This document shows, in pieces, positions 38,313 through 47,976 of a DNA stretch of 64,000 nucleotides. A program made the position numbers and the translations under genes. Position 1 is the stretch's first letter. Each line of letters opens with the position of its first letter. The stretch lies in the IMG/VR virus record IMGVR_UViG_3300045412_000547; one strand, written 5' to 3'. The stretch comes from a virus. A model generated the notes under the pieces. The model searched no databases and had not been told where the DNA came from. It was given only the letters and a program-made list of their open reading frames with translations.

Positions 38313-41284
38313 TGTCTGATTATCCACAGTATTTAGGAAATTATTTAGGAATAGTAATACAGAATAACGACCCAGCTAAACGTGGTCGAATTAAGGTTTT
38401 TGTTCCCCATATAACGCCCACAGTTTACAAAAACTGGAATGAAGTCAATAAAGATAAGCAGTTTAAGTTTTTAGGGGCAAATATTAATAGCGATTTGACA
38501 GATATAATGGAGGACTTAAAAAGAATTTTGCCTTGGGCTGAATGTGCAGCTCCTATAGCAGGGGAGTCGAGTAGTGGTCGTTATAATAAATTTTACAATG
38601 TCGGTTCTATTAGCGATAGTAGTAAGTTAAAGTTAACAGTGAATTCATTGTCAAGCAGTGAAATAAATTATAAGAATGTCGTTGAAAAATATCAGTATAC
38701 ACAAAATTTTGATCTTATAGGAGAAAAACCCGGTGCAGTTTACGATAAAGATTATTTTCGGTTAAATGATGCTTTTATTAACCCTAAGGAAACAAACGCA
38801 AACAATACAAACATTTTTGCTTTTAATTATTTACCTGAAACTTACAGCAATGCTGCAAAAGGAAGTTTTAGTATACCCAACGTAGGCGCGCACGTCTGGA
38901 TATTTTTTAATGCAGGTGACCCTTTAAAACCAGTTTATTTTGCTGCTTCTTACGGTAATGAAGATTGGAGAACAATTTACCAGACTACCACGGGTGGCAG
39001 CGAGTCTTTTGATGGAACATCATTTAATGCTGATAAAGGTTTAGATTATCCAGGAACTTACGAAAACATACAAAAAGAAAATTATGATATTAACACAGAA
39101 GTTTATAGAAACAAATATGTACTAAATCAAAAAGGTGGTACTATACAAATAGTAAATACCGATAACCGAGAATCAATAAAGATGTCTCATTTTTCCGGTT
39201 CATTTAAAGAATTTACAAATCTAGTAAATGTTGAACTTGCTACTAATAATGATCAAAAGTTAGTTTTGAATGATCAGTTTTTAACAGTTCGGGGAGATAG
39301 AAACGAATTTACTGGAAATAATTTAGATTTTTTAGTACAAGGAGATCATTATTTAAAAATTGGAAATTTAAAAGCTGACTATCATAAAAAATGGAGAGAG
39401 ATAGTTAAAGAAATAGCAGATACAAAGCAGTTATTTGAAATCAGAAGAGCTGAAAGAATAGAAGATAGTATTTTACAGCTTACAGCTCCCGGTCAATTTA
39501 AAAGCGGGCAGCATGCAGATTGTCCAGTCTGTACTGCAATTAAAGATATGTATGGTAAAAAAGATAGATACTGGGCTTATAATAACTCTACAAAAAATGA
39601 TTACAAAAATGAAGTTTTTGGTACTATAGCTGACACTGCGGGCGATTTTATTTTTAGTCAAACTATAATTGGAGGTGCAATCGGCTTTGCAGCAAAAAAA
39701 GTAGGTGTTCAGGGAAAGCCGGAATTTGGAAGCGGTCCAGAATTATCTCAAAAATTCTTTGGTGGTGATTCAGGAGGAAACAATGGACCTGGATGGATAT
39801 TTGGGGTAAGGTGCCCGGCTTGTAATCCCGACCCCGGTGAAGAACGTTTTATAATGCTTGGCGAATCAAGACCCACTCCAGGTAAGAGTCCAAGTTCTGC
39901 AGATGGTACATTTGCAAATGAAACGCGTAAGCGGTTCGTTAAAGAATTAACTCTTAGAAAAATGAAAGAATTAGCAGATCTAGAAAAGAAAATGGGAATT
40001 GGTGGAAGTCAAATCATTGAAATAACAAAGCACAAATTCGAAAACATTGGTATGACAATGAATGATTTTGGGTCTGTTCGAGTAGATGCAAAAGGTAAGA
40101 TGGAAGTTTCAGAAGTACGTGTTGGAAAAGGTGGGGTATTTTATAATAGAACACCTTCACCTCTTGTAGAATATGTTCATGTAGATGATCTACCAGGGGG
40201 TAATTACACATTAAACGTATGCAATCGTTACAACCTTCAAGTAGGTGCCGGGGGTATAAATTTTAAATCTTATGGGCCAGTGAATATGACAGGCACGATA
40301 ATGAATATTGCTGGTACCCAGGTTAATGTAGCAAGTGAAAACGAAGTCAATATTGATGGCGGAAAGCGGTTATCGTTAGTGGGCGATATACTTAGTTTAC
40401 GTCAGCGTAATGGTGGTCAAGTTGTTGTCGAAGGCAATCTAGGAGTAACAAAAAACGTTATTATAGCCGGTGGCCTTCATGTTGAAGGAGAACTATGCGC
40501 TAATCATATAACACTACCAAAAGAAATTCAAGCCACAGAACAAGCCACGCTCCAAGGAGCTCCCACAGTATTAGAACCAATGTCTAATACAAAAGGTAAA
40601 ATACTTGGTTTTGGTGTACCCCTTTCAAATTGGCCGGTACCTATAGTTAATGAATTTGGTACTGTAGCATATGAACCAGGTACTGCAGGTGTTTCGGGCC
40701 CTCCATATATAGGATTTACAGATGCTACTATTCCATGTGGACGGCTACAAGTTAATACACCTATTGGATATATTAAAGCTGATTTAACTGTTGGGTATAT
40801 ACCAGCAGGTACATGCAATGTTCAAGGAACAGATTCTCAAGGTGCAACTGTTATATGCACTAACATAATTCCTATTGAAGTTAAAGCATCTAGATTAATA
40901 TCCGGTGGTCTCGATGTACCGGTTTTAGCATCATCTAATGGTAGTAGTGTGGCAGGATTTGATACTCCAGTATTTGGATCCGGTGTAGGATCAAATCTCC
41001 CGTCAGGACCTATAGGAGGTGCTGGTTTAATTGGTGCAGGATGTGTAAAAGGATCCGATGCAGGTATAGCGGGTCTTAATGCAGAACTAATGCCTATTAT
41101 GATTTACGGTACCGGTAGAGATGAAAATAGTATAACCATTAAACCTCATAGCCACCAGTTTATTGGTATAGCAACAGATCCTAAAGAGCGTAATGTTGAT
41201 GTTAGAGAAGTAGCGCTAGCTATGAATAGTGGATCTCCGGTACCACCAGAACCTGTTAATAATGCGAAAAAGACTAACGCTTAA
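38312..41284 (+). CDS. Baseplate hub / central spike protein (gp5/VgrG-like)
   Basis: GIVIQNNDP..RGRIKV, IPNVGAHVWIFF..GD...PVYFA (gp5 OB-fold); Gly-rich beta repeats; C-terminal HSH. Confidence 0.8.
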   Translation: MSDYPQYLGNYLGIVIQNNDPAKRGRIKVFVPHITPTVYKNWNEVNKDKQFKFLGANINSDLTDIMEDLKRILPWAECAAPIAGESSSGRYNKFYNVGSISDSSKLKLTVNSLSSSEINYKNVVEKYQYTQNFDLIGEKPGAVYDKDYFRLNDAFINPKETNANNTNIFAFNYLPETYSNAAKGSFSIPNVGAHVWIFFNAGDPLKPVYFAASYGNEDWRTIYQTTTGGSESFDGTSFNADKGLDYPGTYENIQKENYDINTEVYRNKYVLNQKGGTIQIVNTDNRESIKMSHFSGSFKEFTNLVNVELATNNDQKLVLNDQFLTVRGDRNEFTGNNLDFLVQGDHYLKIGNLKADYHKKWREIVKEIADTKQLFEIRRAERIEDSILQLTAPGQFKSGQHADCPVCTAIKDMYGKKDRYWAYNNSTKNDYKNEVFGTIADTAGDFIFSQTIIGGAIGFAAKKVGVQGKPEFGSGPELSQKFFGGDSGGNNGPGWIFGVRCPACNPDPGEERFIMLGESRPTPGKSPSSADGTFANETRKRFVKELTLRKMKELADLEKKMGIGGSQIIEITKHKFENIGMTMNDFGSVRVDAKGKMEVSEVRVGKGGVFYNRTPSPLVEYVHVDDLPGGNYTLNVCNRYNLQVGAGGINFKSYGPVNMTGTIMNIAGTQVNVASENEVNIDGGKRLSLVGDILSLRQRNGGQVVVEGNLGVTKNVIIAGGLHVEGELCANHITLPKEIQATEQATLQGAPTVLEPMSNTKGKILGFGVPLSNWPVPIVNEFGTVAYEPGTAGVSGPPYIGFTDATIPCGRLQVNTPIGYIKADLTVGYIPAGTCNVQGTDSQGATVICTNIIPIEVKASRLISGGLDVPVLASSNGSSVAGFDTPVFGSGVGSNLPSGPIGGAGLIGAGCVKGSDAGIAGLNAELMPIMIYGTGRDENSITIKPHSHQFIGIATDPKERNVDVREVALAMNSGSPVPPEPVNNAKKTNA

Positions 41285-42240
41285 TTATATCCAATATCTA
41301 CATAATACAAAGCTTCTAAATCTTCGCCCCCGGCGTAACTAATTGCACTTTGAAGGTCTTGTTGTATCTCATTTAATTTCCAGAGATATGTATTATGCTG
41401 CATGGGAATTAATTCCAATTTACCTTCTACGTTATTTTCCGTTCCTTTATTATAAAAACTAGCAGATCCGTAATATTCTTTATAAAATAATGTCGGGCTA
41501 TTTGGGTCTCTAACTAGTAGTGAGGGGCTGTCGTATAAACATGCAAACATACCGCCGCACATTACCATGCTGGCCCCGGCTACAATAGCTTTTGCTATAT
41601 CTCCATTACAACGTATTCCTCCATCGGCAATAATATCTACCTTACATCTTTCCGCTATGCTTTGAATACAGGTAAACATAGGCATTGTAAAGCCAGTTTT
41701 ATCTTTTGTAGTACATACATATCCTTGACCAATGCCTACTTTTATACCATCCGTACCCCATCCAACCAAATCTTCTGCAGCTTGAGAGGTAGCAATATTG
41801 CCTGCTATAACATATGTTTCGCTTGTTTTTAAATTACAAATATGTTCTAACATGTTTTTTACAAACGAATGGTGACCGTGGGCAACATCAATAGTTACAA
41901 AATCTAATCGTAAATTGTTTGCAAATATATTTTCTAAATCTATATAATCTTTATCATGTACCCCTACACTAATAGAAATAGTCTTCCACCCTTCTTTATT
42001 AGCCTTTTTTACAAACTCAAAATTATCTACATTAAATCTATGCATAATATAAAAGTATTCGTTTTCAGATAATAGTTTTGCTAATTTTTCATTGATAGAA
42101 CATTTCATATTGGAAGGCACAACAGGCACTTTAAATATATGGTTACCTAACTTAGTAAATGTAGAAGCAACTTTACGAGTAGGAAGACCAGACATTTTTG
42201 GAATTAAGAAAATGTCTTTATAGTGTAAGAAACGCTTCAC
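41281..42240 (-). CDS. guaC: GMP reductase
   Basis: YIMHRF, IDVAHGH, IAGNIAT, KVGIGQGYVCTT, IIADGGIR, DLQSAISYAGG. Confidence 0.93.
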   Translation of the reverse strand: MKRFLHYKDIFLIPKMSGLPTRKVASTFTKLGNHIFKVPVVPSNMKCSINEKLAKLLSENEYFYIMHRFNVDNFEFVKKANKEGWKTISISVGVHDKDYIDLENIFANNLRLDFVTIDVAHGHHSFVKNMLEHICNLKTSETYVIAGNIATSQAAEDLVGWGTDGIKVGIGQGYVCTTKDKTGFTMPMFTCIQSIAERCKVDIIADGGIRCNGDIAKAIVAGASMVMCGGMFACLYDSPSLLVRDPNSPTLFYKEYYGSASFYNKGTENNVEGKLELIPMQHNTYLWKLNEIQQDLQSAISYAGGEDLEALYYVDIGYN

Positions 42241-42257
42241 CTATCTAATTATAGGTA

Positions 42258-42473
42258 TTATTTTAATTTTCTACTACTTAACCAATTAGATCTATGGTTC
42301 ATTACCCAATCCATCAATGCTCTCTCAAAACCAACATCAAAACCTGCTTTTTCAGACATATACCATTTATTTTCTAATATACAATTTCTCTCTTCAAGAA
42401 ATCGTTGATATAATGCAGATGTTGAGTAGTTATATTCCATACAAATGTGCTGGCCAGACAAACACCTACTCAT
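42258..42473 (-). CDS. DUF4032-like small protein
   Basis: SALYQRFLEERNCILENKWYMSEKAGFDVGFERALMDW. Confidence 0.7.
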   Translation of the reverse strand: MSRCLSGQHICMEYNYSTSALYQRFLEERNCILENKWYMSEKAGFDVGFERALMDWVMNHRSNWLSSRKLK

Positions 42474-42491
42474 TTATATTATTTATTGATT

Positions 42492-42968
42492 TTATGGTCG
42501 ATAATGTATGTCGAGATCCCTTTCATTGACAGTATCATACACAGTATTAAATTTATCTGTAAAGGTAAATTTTCTTAACATAAAATTATTATAACTTATT
42601 TCACCGATAAGAAAAACAGTATAAGGATTTTTATCATAATCTACATACGCTAAAACAAATCGCTTTATATCTTCTGTTAGTGAGTTAAATTTACGTCTCA
42701 CTAATAATCTTTTTGGTGATTTAGTATACGTTGTTGTTTTAACTTGCGCTCCATTGATACCAAAATCAACTCCATCGTCTCCTTTATTGTTCCATACATC
42801 CCAATTTGGACTTACATTAATAAAAAGCCCGTAAGCAACTTCACCAAGGCGGCCAACTAAATGATTTTTAAAAGACCCAGTATTTTTATACACGTCCTTT
42901 TTTTCAACTAATAAGGCAAATTCTTTAGCTTTTTGAAATTGATCTTCAGAAAGAAGTATTTTTTTCAC
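42492..42968 (-). CDS. Putative PD-(D/E)xK nuclease-like protein
   Basis: GRLGEVAY...GDDGVDF...QVKTT pattern. Confidence 0.55.
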   Translation of the reverse strand: MKKILLSEDQFQKAKEFALLVEKKDVYKNTGSFKNHLVGRLGEVAYGLFINVSPNWDVWNNKGDDGVDFGINGAQVKTTTYTKSPKRLLVRRKFNSLTEDIKRFVLAYVDYDKNPYTVFLIGEISYNNFMLRKFTFTDKFNTVYDTVNERDLDIHYRP

Positions 42969-42986
42969 TATGAATATTTAAAAAAT

Positions 42987-43077
42987 AAAAAAAGCTTTTC
43001 AAGTATACCAGTAACCTTCGAAAAGATTCCCACCTACCCGCCCCTGGTATACGAATATACTACGTCGCCTTCAAAAG
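42987..43077 (-). ncRNA. Candidate structured small RNA / attenuator
   Basis: GC-rich intergenic stretch; 9-bp stem 43003-43011/43044-43052, two UUCG hairpins, G-tract, flanked by an AATAAATA promoter and a U-run. Confidence 0.55.
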
Positions 43078-43080
43078 TAT

Positions 43081-43311
43081 TTATTGGGACTCATATAACT
43101 TTTTTTGTAAGTTTAAAATAAATTCTTTTTTTTCTTCTTTTAGCTTATTTTTTAATTTTTCTAATTCGTAAAGCGTTACATCTACTCTTAAACTTTTTAA
43201 AAATTGCTCTTTAGGCTCTACGTTACAACCAGAAAATGAGTTTTCAAATATATAAAACAAAACTCCTATTTCTTCATCTGTACAATTTTTTAATACTTCG
43301 GAAGTTATCAC
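43081..43311 (-). CDS. Hypothetical protein
   Basis: 76-aa ORF coupled to the nrdB stop. Confidence 0.55.
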   Translation of the reverse strand: MITSEVLKNCTDEEIGVLFYIFENSFSGCNVEPKEQFLKSLRVDVTLYELEKLKNKLKEEKKEFILNLQKKLYESQ

Positions 43312-44372
43312 AGTTTAATATCTTCAAAAGCCGTATCATCAATATTGGTATCGCGAGCCCCGATCTTATATGCAGATATTTCTGTTTCTTGAGGTGCTAC
43401 CTGAACCTTACTACTATCTAAGTAGCTATCCAGCCATCCTGAGATAGGATTATCTTTTTGATTAAAAATCTTTTTATAACCTAAAGAGCGTAATCTTGAA
43501 TCACATAGCCATTTTGCATAACCTCCGAGTACATCTGCATTAAGACCCAATAAAGAACCTTTACTAAAAAGATAGTGTGCCCATTCAACTTCACTTTGAG
43601 CAGCCTGTTCATATACTGCGTAAATTTTATCCTCGCTCTTTTTCACCATTGAAGTAAAGCCTTCTTTATCTTCATCACGTAAAATTTTTAGTAAATTACT
43701 AGTTATTGCAAAATGCTGCGATTCATCACGTTGAATTAATTTAATAATTTTAGCATTACCCTCCATTTTACCACGATAGCCAAAATAGAAAGAACATGCA
43801 AAGCTTACATAAAAAACCAGCCCTTCCATACAGTTAACAGATAATATACAATCAAATATCTTTTGTTTTACATCTTTTTTTGTATCGTCCCCTAATATTT
43901 TATCAAAATTATTTCTTATCAGTTCAGCGCGTTCTACAATTTCCTTATCTTCCATAATACTATCAAAAAAAGCAGATGCATCCGGATGAACATTGTTAAG
44001 TAAATAAGAATAACTATAGCTATGAATACCTTCAAAGCGTTGCCAAGTATTCATACATATTTCTAGTTCTGGATTTGATACATAATCTTTTAATGAATGT
44101 ATAGACCTTGAAAGCATACTATCCCCAAGAGTTTGAAACTTTAAATTTGTATCAAATACAAAACGTTCCGGTCCGTCTAGTTCCTTATAATCATTTCTAT
44201 CTTTCTGTAAAGTTATTTCATGAGGCCACCAAAAAAATTCTTCTTGTTTTTTAAACAGCTCAAAAAAGATAGGGTACTTAAATTTATCATATCTCTGTAA
44301 ATTTAAATCCTCGCCAAAAAATAGCGGTTGTTTTGTATAGTCTATGTTTTTAAGATTAAGCACGGTTTTCAT
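43308..44372 (-). CDS. nrdB: Ribonucleotide reductase class Ia beta subunit
   Basis: FFWWPHE, FQTLGDS, FEGIHSYSY, EGLVFYVSF, RDESQH, VAPQE. Confidence 0.96.
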   Translation of the reverse strand: MKTVLNLKNIDYTKQPLFFGEDLNLQRYDKFKYPIFFELFKKQEEFFWWPHEITLQKDRNDYKELDGPERFVFDTNLKFQTLGDSMLSRSIHSLKDYVSNPELEICMNTWQRFEGIHSYSYSYLLNNVHPDASAFFDSIMEDKEIVERAELIRNNFDKILGDDTKKDVKQKIFDCILSVNCMEGLVFYVSFACSFYFGYRGKMEGNAKIIKLIQRDESQHFAITSNLLKILRDEDKEGFTSMVKKSEDKIYAVYEQAAQSEVEWAHYLFSKGSLLGLNADVLGGYAKWLCDSRLRSLGYKKIFNQKDNPISGWLDSYLDSSKVQVAPQETEISAYKIGARDTNIDDTAFEDIKL

Positions 44373-44378
44373 TATTTA

Positions 44379-46634
44379 TCACAACTTACATGCACCGCTA
44401 GAACAATTATCTTCTTTATTTTGACTTATATCTTTATCGCCGTCATCAGTGTTGTTATAATATAAACTTATTAAGCCTATACTATATGCATACATTATCT
44501 CTTTCATAACTTTACTGTCCGGCAAAATATGGTTTGAATAATGATTATAGTTATAATAAACATTAGTAGAAATAGCCATATCGATATATTTTTGAATAAC
44601 AGCATTAACATTTAAAAGACCCATATTATCTTTAAAATTAAAAGCTAAGTCATAGTTATCGTGATATTTTCCAATTCCTGGTACTAATACCGGTAGTTTA
44701 CTCATTTTCGATGTTTTATATGTTATTAAACTACGAACTGGCTCTACCCCATTTGTAGAACTTTGAATTACAGAACTGGACTCACATGGCATACAGGATG
44801 ATAATGTAGAGTGTCTTAAACCATATTCTTTTACCTGTTTTCTCAATAATTCCCAGTCACACGATAATTTTCTCTTGACTATACCATCAATATTCTTTTT
44901 ATACGTATCTATAGTAAAAATATTTTTACTGTATTTTGTATTTTGATATTTTTCGCACTTACCTTTTTCTCTAGCTAAATTACAACTTGACGATAATAGA
45001 TAATATTGAAAATGTTCCATCCATTCATCAAGCAGTGTCAAGGCTTCTTTTTCGCCATACTTGACTCCGTTTTTAGCAAAAAAGGCAGCAAGATTGGTAA
45101 TACCAACACCTAAACTTCTTCTCTTTTTAGCAAAATTCTCAGCAGCTTTATTAAAGTAATCCTGTATGTCGATTATTTCATCTAAAAACCGTACAATTAA
45201 ATCACATGTTTTTTCTAGATCTTTAAAATCCTTTACTTCCAGCATATTTACTGCAGATAAGATACACATACCAATTTCTGCATCTGAGTCGTGAAAATCG
45301 TTCAAAGGTATGGTAGGGTGAATAACTTCTGTACACAAATTACTCATAGTTACTTTATCTAACCAAGAACTATGCTCATTAGCAGTATCAACATTTAAAA
45401 TATAAATACGCCCTGTTTCGACCCTCTCTTTTACAATTAATGAAAACAGTTTCCTAGCAGACACTAATTTTTTTCGCTTAATTCTTCTATCTTGCTCGCA
45501 TTCTTTATAAATTTTGTCAAAAGAAGATGTGCCCCATGCTTCATATAAATGCGGTACATCATGCGGACTAAACAAAAACACCTTTTCGTCTTTAATTACA
45601 CGGTCATAAAATAGCTTAGACATACCAACGGTATAATCTAATTTTCTAACTCTATTATCGTCCGTACCAGCATTATTTTTTAAAACAACAACATCCTCAA
45701 TCTCATAATGCCACCATTGAATATTAACCGTAGCAGATCCTCCTCGTAACCCATTTTGCTGCCATGCTTTAACGGATGCTTCGTAAATTTTTAAAAAAGG
45801 TATAAGCCCGGTATGTACTACCTCTCCATTAGCTACCGGAGAGCCTATTGCTCTAATTTTTGAAATATCAATACCAATACCACAGCGACTTGCGGTGGCG
45901 ATTGAAACAGCTGTTCCCGATGCCGTAATGCTTTCCTTATTATCATTAACACCTATTAAGCAGCAGCTAGCATACTTTCGCGAATTGGTTCTAACCCCAG
46001 CCATAACCGGGGTAGGTAAATTAATTTTATGTTTGGAAATACTATTATAAAATTTTTTTACATAATCCAAACGAACATTTTTTGGATAATTAATAAACCC
46101 GTACAGCGCTATCAATGCATAAGCAAACTGGGGTGTTTCGTAAATAATATTAGTGACTCTATTTTTAATGAGATATTTGTCACATAACTGCTTCAAACCA
46201 GCGTAGGTAAAAAGAAAATCTTTATCATGGTCTATAAACTCACCGGCTTTATTAAGTTCATCTTCTGTATATTTCTCTAAAATACAAGGGTCATAAATTT
46301 TATTTTTGATGCCATTTTTGATAACATCAAGAAGGCGGGGAGCGTGTCTCCCTCCCCATACATCTTTTCTTAATTGATAATTTAAAAGCTTACATGCTAC
46401 GTATTGATAATTTGGAGTTTCAAGCGAAATTAAATTTGCTGTCGATTCAATAAGGACTTGATGTATATCCTTTGTAGAAATATTATCCTGTAAATTTAAA
46501 CGCGTATTAATTTCGATATCAGAAAGATGCACATCTGATATATTGCTTATGGCCCAATTAATAACTTTATGAATTTTATCTATGTTAAATTTTTCTTTTT
46601 CTCCGCTCCTTTTCGTTACATAGATATTACTCAT
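44379..46634 (-). CDS. nrdA: Ribonucleotide reductase class Ia alpha subunit with ATP cone
   Basis: VTKRSG, LPTPVMAGVR, ASCCL, SNLCTE, MPCESSS, LYY, CSSGACKL. Confidence 0.97.
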   Translation of the reverse strand: MSNIYVTKRSGEKEKFNIDKIHKVINWAISNISDVHLSDIEINTRLNLQDNISTKDIHQVLIESTANLISLETPNYQYVACKLLNYQLRKDVWGGRHAPRLLDVIKNGIKNKIYDPCILEKYTEDELNKAGEFIDHDKDFLFTYAGLKQLCDKYLIKNRVTNIIYETPQFAYALIALYGFINYPKNVRLDYVKKFYNSISKHKINLPTPVMAGVRTNSRKYASCCLIGVNDNKESITASGTAVSIATASRCGIGIDISKIRAIGSPVANGEVVHTGLIPFLKIYEASVKAWQQNGLRGGSATVNIQWWHYEIEDVVVLKNNAGTDDNRVRKLDYTVGMSKLFYDRVIKDEKVFLFSPHDVPHLYEAWGTSSFDKIYKECEQDRRIKRKKLVSARKLFSLIVKERVETGRIYILNVDTANEHSSWLDKVTMSNLCTEVIHPTIPLNDFHDSDAEIGMCILSAVNMLEVKDFKDLEKTCDLIVRFLDEIIDIQDYFNKAAENFAKKRRSLGVGITNLAAFFAKNGVKYGEKEALTLLDEWMEHFQYYLLSSSCNLAREKGKCEKYQNTKYSKNIFTIDTYKKNIDGIVKRKLSCDWELLRKQVKEYGLRHSTLSSCMPCESSSVIQSSTNGVEPVRSLITYKTSKMSKLPVLVPGIGKYHDNYDLAFNFKDNMGLLNVNAVIQKYIDMAISTNVYYNYNHYSNHILPDSKVMKEIMYAYSIGLISLYYNNTDDGDKDISQNKEDNCSSGACKL

Positions 46635-46686
46635 ATAAATTGAAAAAAATACTTATTAATCTTACTGTATAAAAAACAGTTTTTTA

Positions 46687-47277
46687 CTAAAGAAGCATAA
46701 AATTATTTTTTTTATACAATTCTATAATTTTTTCGTTACTAAAATTATAAATATTCCGATTACTTAAGATAAAAATATTATTACTACTTATAGCTTGGCT
46801 GAAATGAACTTGTTTAGAATTATATTCGTATAGTTTAGTCAAACTTAAATCTTTTCTACTTTTTAGTGTTATTTTTTTTAATTCAGTACCGTTTATAGGA
46901 TATACGCCTTTTTCTAAATAAACACTACATTCATTACAAGACAAATTAAATTCTGATAAAATTTGCTCATATAATTTAAGAGAAATAGAATCTTTAATAT
47001 TTAAGTTTAATGCTTCTAGCCTTTTTACCAAATTAATATATTCTGGCTTTAAATATATTTCTACACCCTTAAAAAATTTTAAAACCGGTATAGCATTGGC
47101 TGTAGGGTGAACAACGCTTCGAGGATTTAATGATTCTTTAAAACAAACTCTTTCTTGATCATACTTATTTTTAATTAGTTGACCAATAAAAATAAAAGGA
47201 TATTTGTTTTGAGAAATCAAATTAAACTGCTCTATATCAGGCGCTACATTTACTAACGAAACATTAATCATGTACAT
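46687..47277 (-). CDS. Hypothetical protein
   Basis: 196-aa ORF with TTGATT..TATAAT upstream. Confidence 0.55.
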   Translation of the reverse strand: MYMINVSLVNVAPDIEQFNLISQNKYPFIFIGQLIKNKYDQERVCFKESLNPRSVVHPTANAIPVLKFFKGVEIYLKPEYINLVKRLEALNLNIKDSISLKLYEQILSEFNLSCNECSVYLEKGVYPINGTELKKITLKSRKDLSLTKLYEYNSKQVHFSQAISSNNIFILSNRNIYNFSNEKIIELYKKNNFMLL

Positions 47278-47317
47278 GATTATAATACATGAAACGGTAA
47301 ATCAATAATATTATTTT

Positions 47318-47686
47318 TTATTGAAAATTTTTTATAAAATGTGTTAGTATTACCACTAAAATAGCTGTAGCAGATGAAATGATACTTGTAGATAATGTTG
47401 TACGAAACCCCCACTTATTTTTTAAAATTACATCTTTTGAATTAAATTCTTTATGTATTTGGTCAGCTAAATGATTAAATTTTTCTGTTACTACTTCTGT
47501 AATATGATCAAATTTATTTTCCAGCTTTTCATCGAGACTTTTTATTTGTTCCTCAAGCTTTACAACTTGAGTTACTAGTGCAGGTGTACCGTTACCTCTA
47601 TATAAAGTTTTATAGATATTCTCTAAATCGTTTTTTAGCTTAGACAATTCTTCTACTTTTATGCTAAAGTTATTCTTATTTTTCAT
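47318..47686 (-). CDS. Coiled-coil protein with C-terminal transmembrane segment (possible lysis/membrane protein)
   Basis: LYRGNGTPAL, heptad repeats, hydrophobic SATAILVVILTHF. Confidence 0.5.
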   Translation of the reverse strand: MKNKNNFSIKVEELSKLKNDLENIYKTLYRGNGTPALVTQVVKLEEQIKSLDEKLENKFDHITEVVTEKFNHLADQIHKEFNSKDVILKNKWGFRTTLSTSIISSATAILVVILTHFIKNFQ

Positions 47687-47687
47687 A

Positions 47688-47921
47688 TTATGAAACTGGG
47701 AATGTATAGGACAAAATACCTTTTGGTAGTGTATAGACTTTGCCGCGTTGTTTACCGGAAAGTTCTTTAACAACTACCGTTAATCGATCGCCGGTAATAA
47801 TAGGTCCCATACTCACATCCACATTACCTAAATTTATAGTGTAGGCTCTAATACCCTTCTTTACATCATAAATTTGTAACCGGTTGCGTCCCATTAAGGC
47901 CGCTGTATACAGTTTTTGCAT
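47688..47921 (-). CDS. Hypothetical late protein
   Basis: Start at MQKLY; minus-strand CATAAATA at 47932-47939. Confidence 0.55.
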   Translation of the reverse strand: MQKLYTAALMGRNRLQIYDVKKGIRAYTINLGNVDVSMGPIITGDRLTVVVKELSGKQRGKVYTLPKGILSYTFPVS

Positions 47922-47931
47922 ATCTTCTAAA

Positions 47932-47966
47932 TATTTATGTATATAATCAACTACTTTTAATAAATA
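47932..47966. promoter_or_regulatory. Divergent pair of late promoters
   Basis: CATAAATA (minus, 47932-47939) and AATAAATA (plus, 47959-47966) between divergent genes. Confidence 0.6.
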
Positions 47967-47976
47967 TTTCAAAGAA

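Noticed and set aside
43308-46634. Introns or inteins in nrdA/nrdB
   Set aside because: Both ORFs are continuous and of normal length; no intein motifs seen
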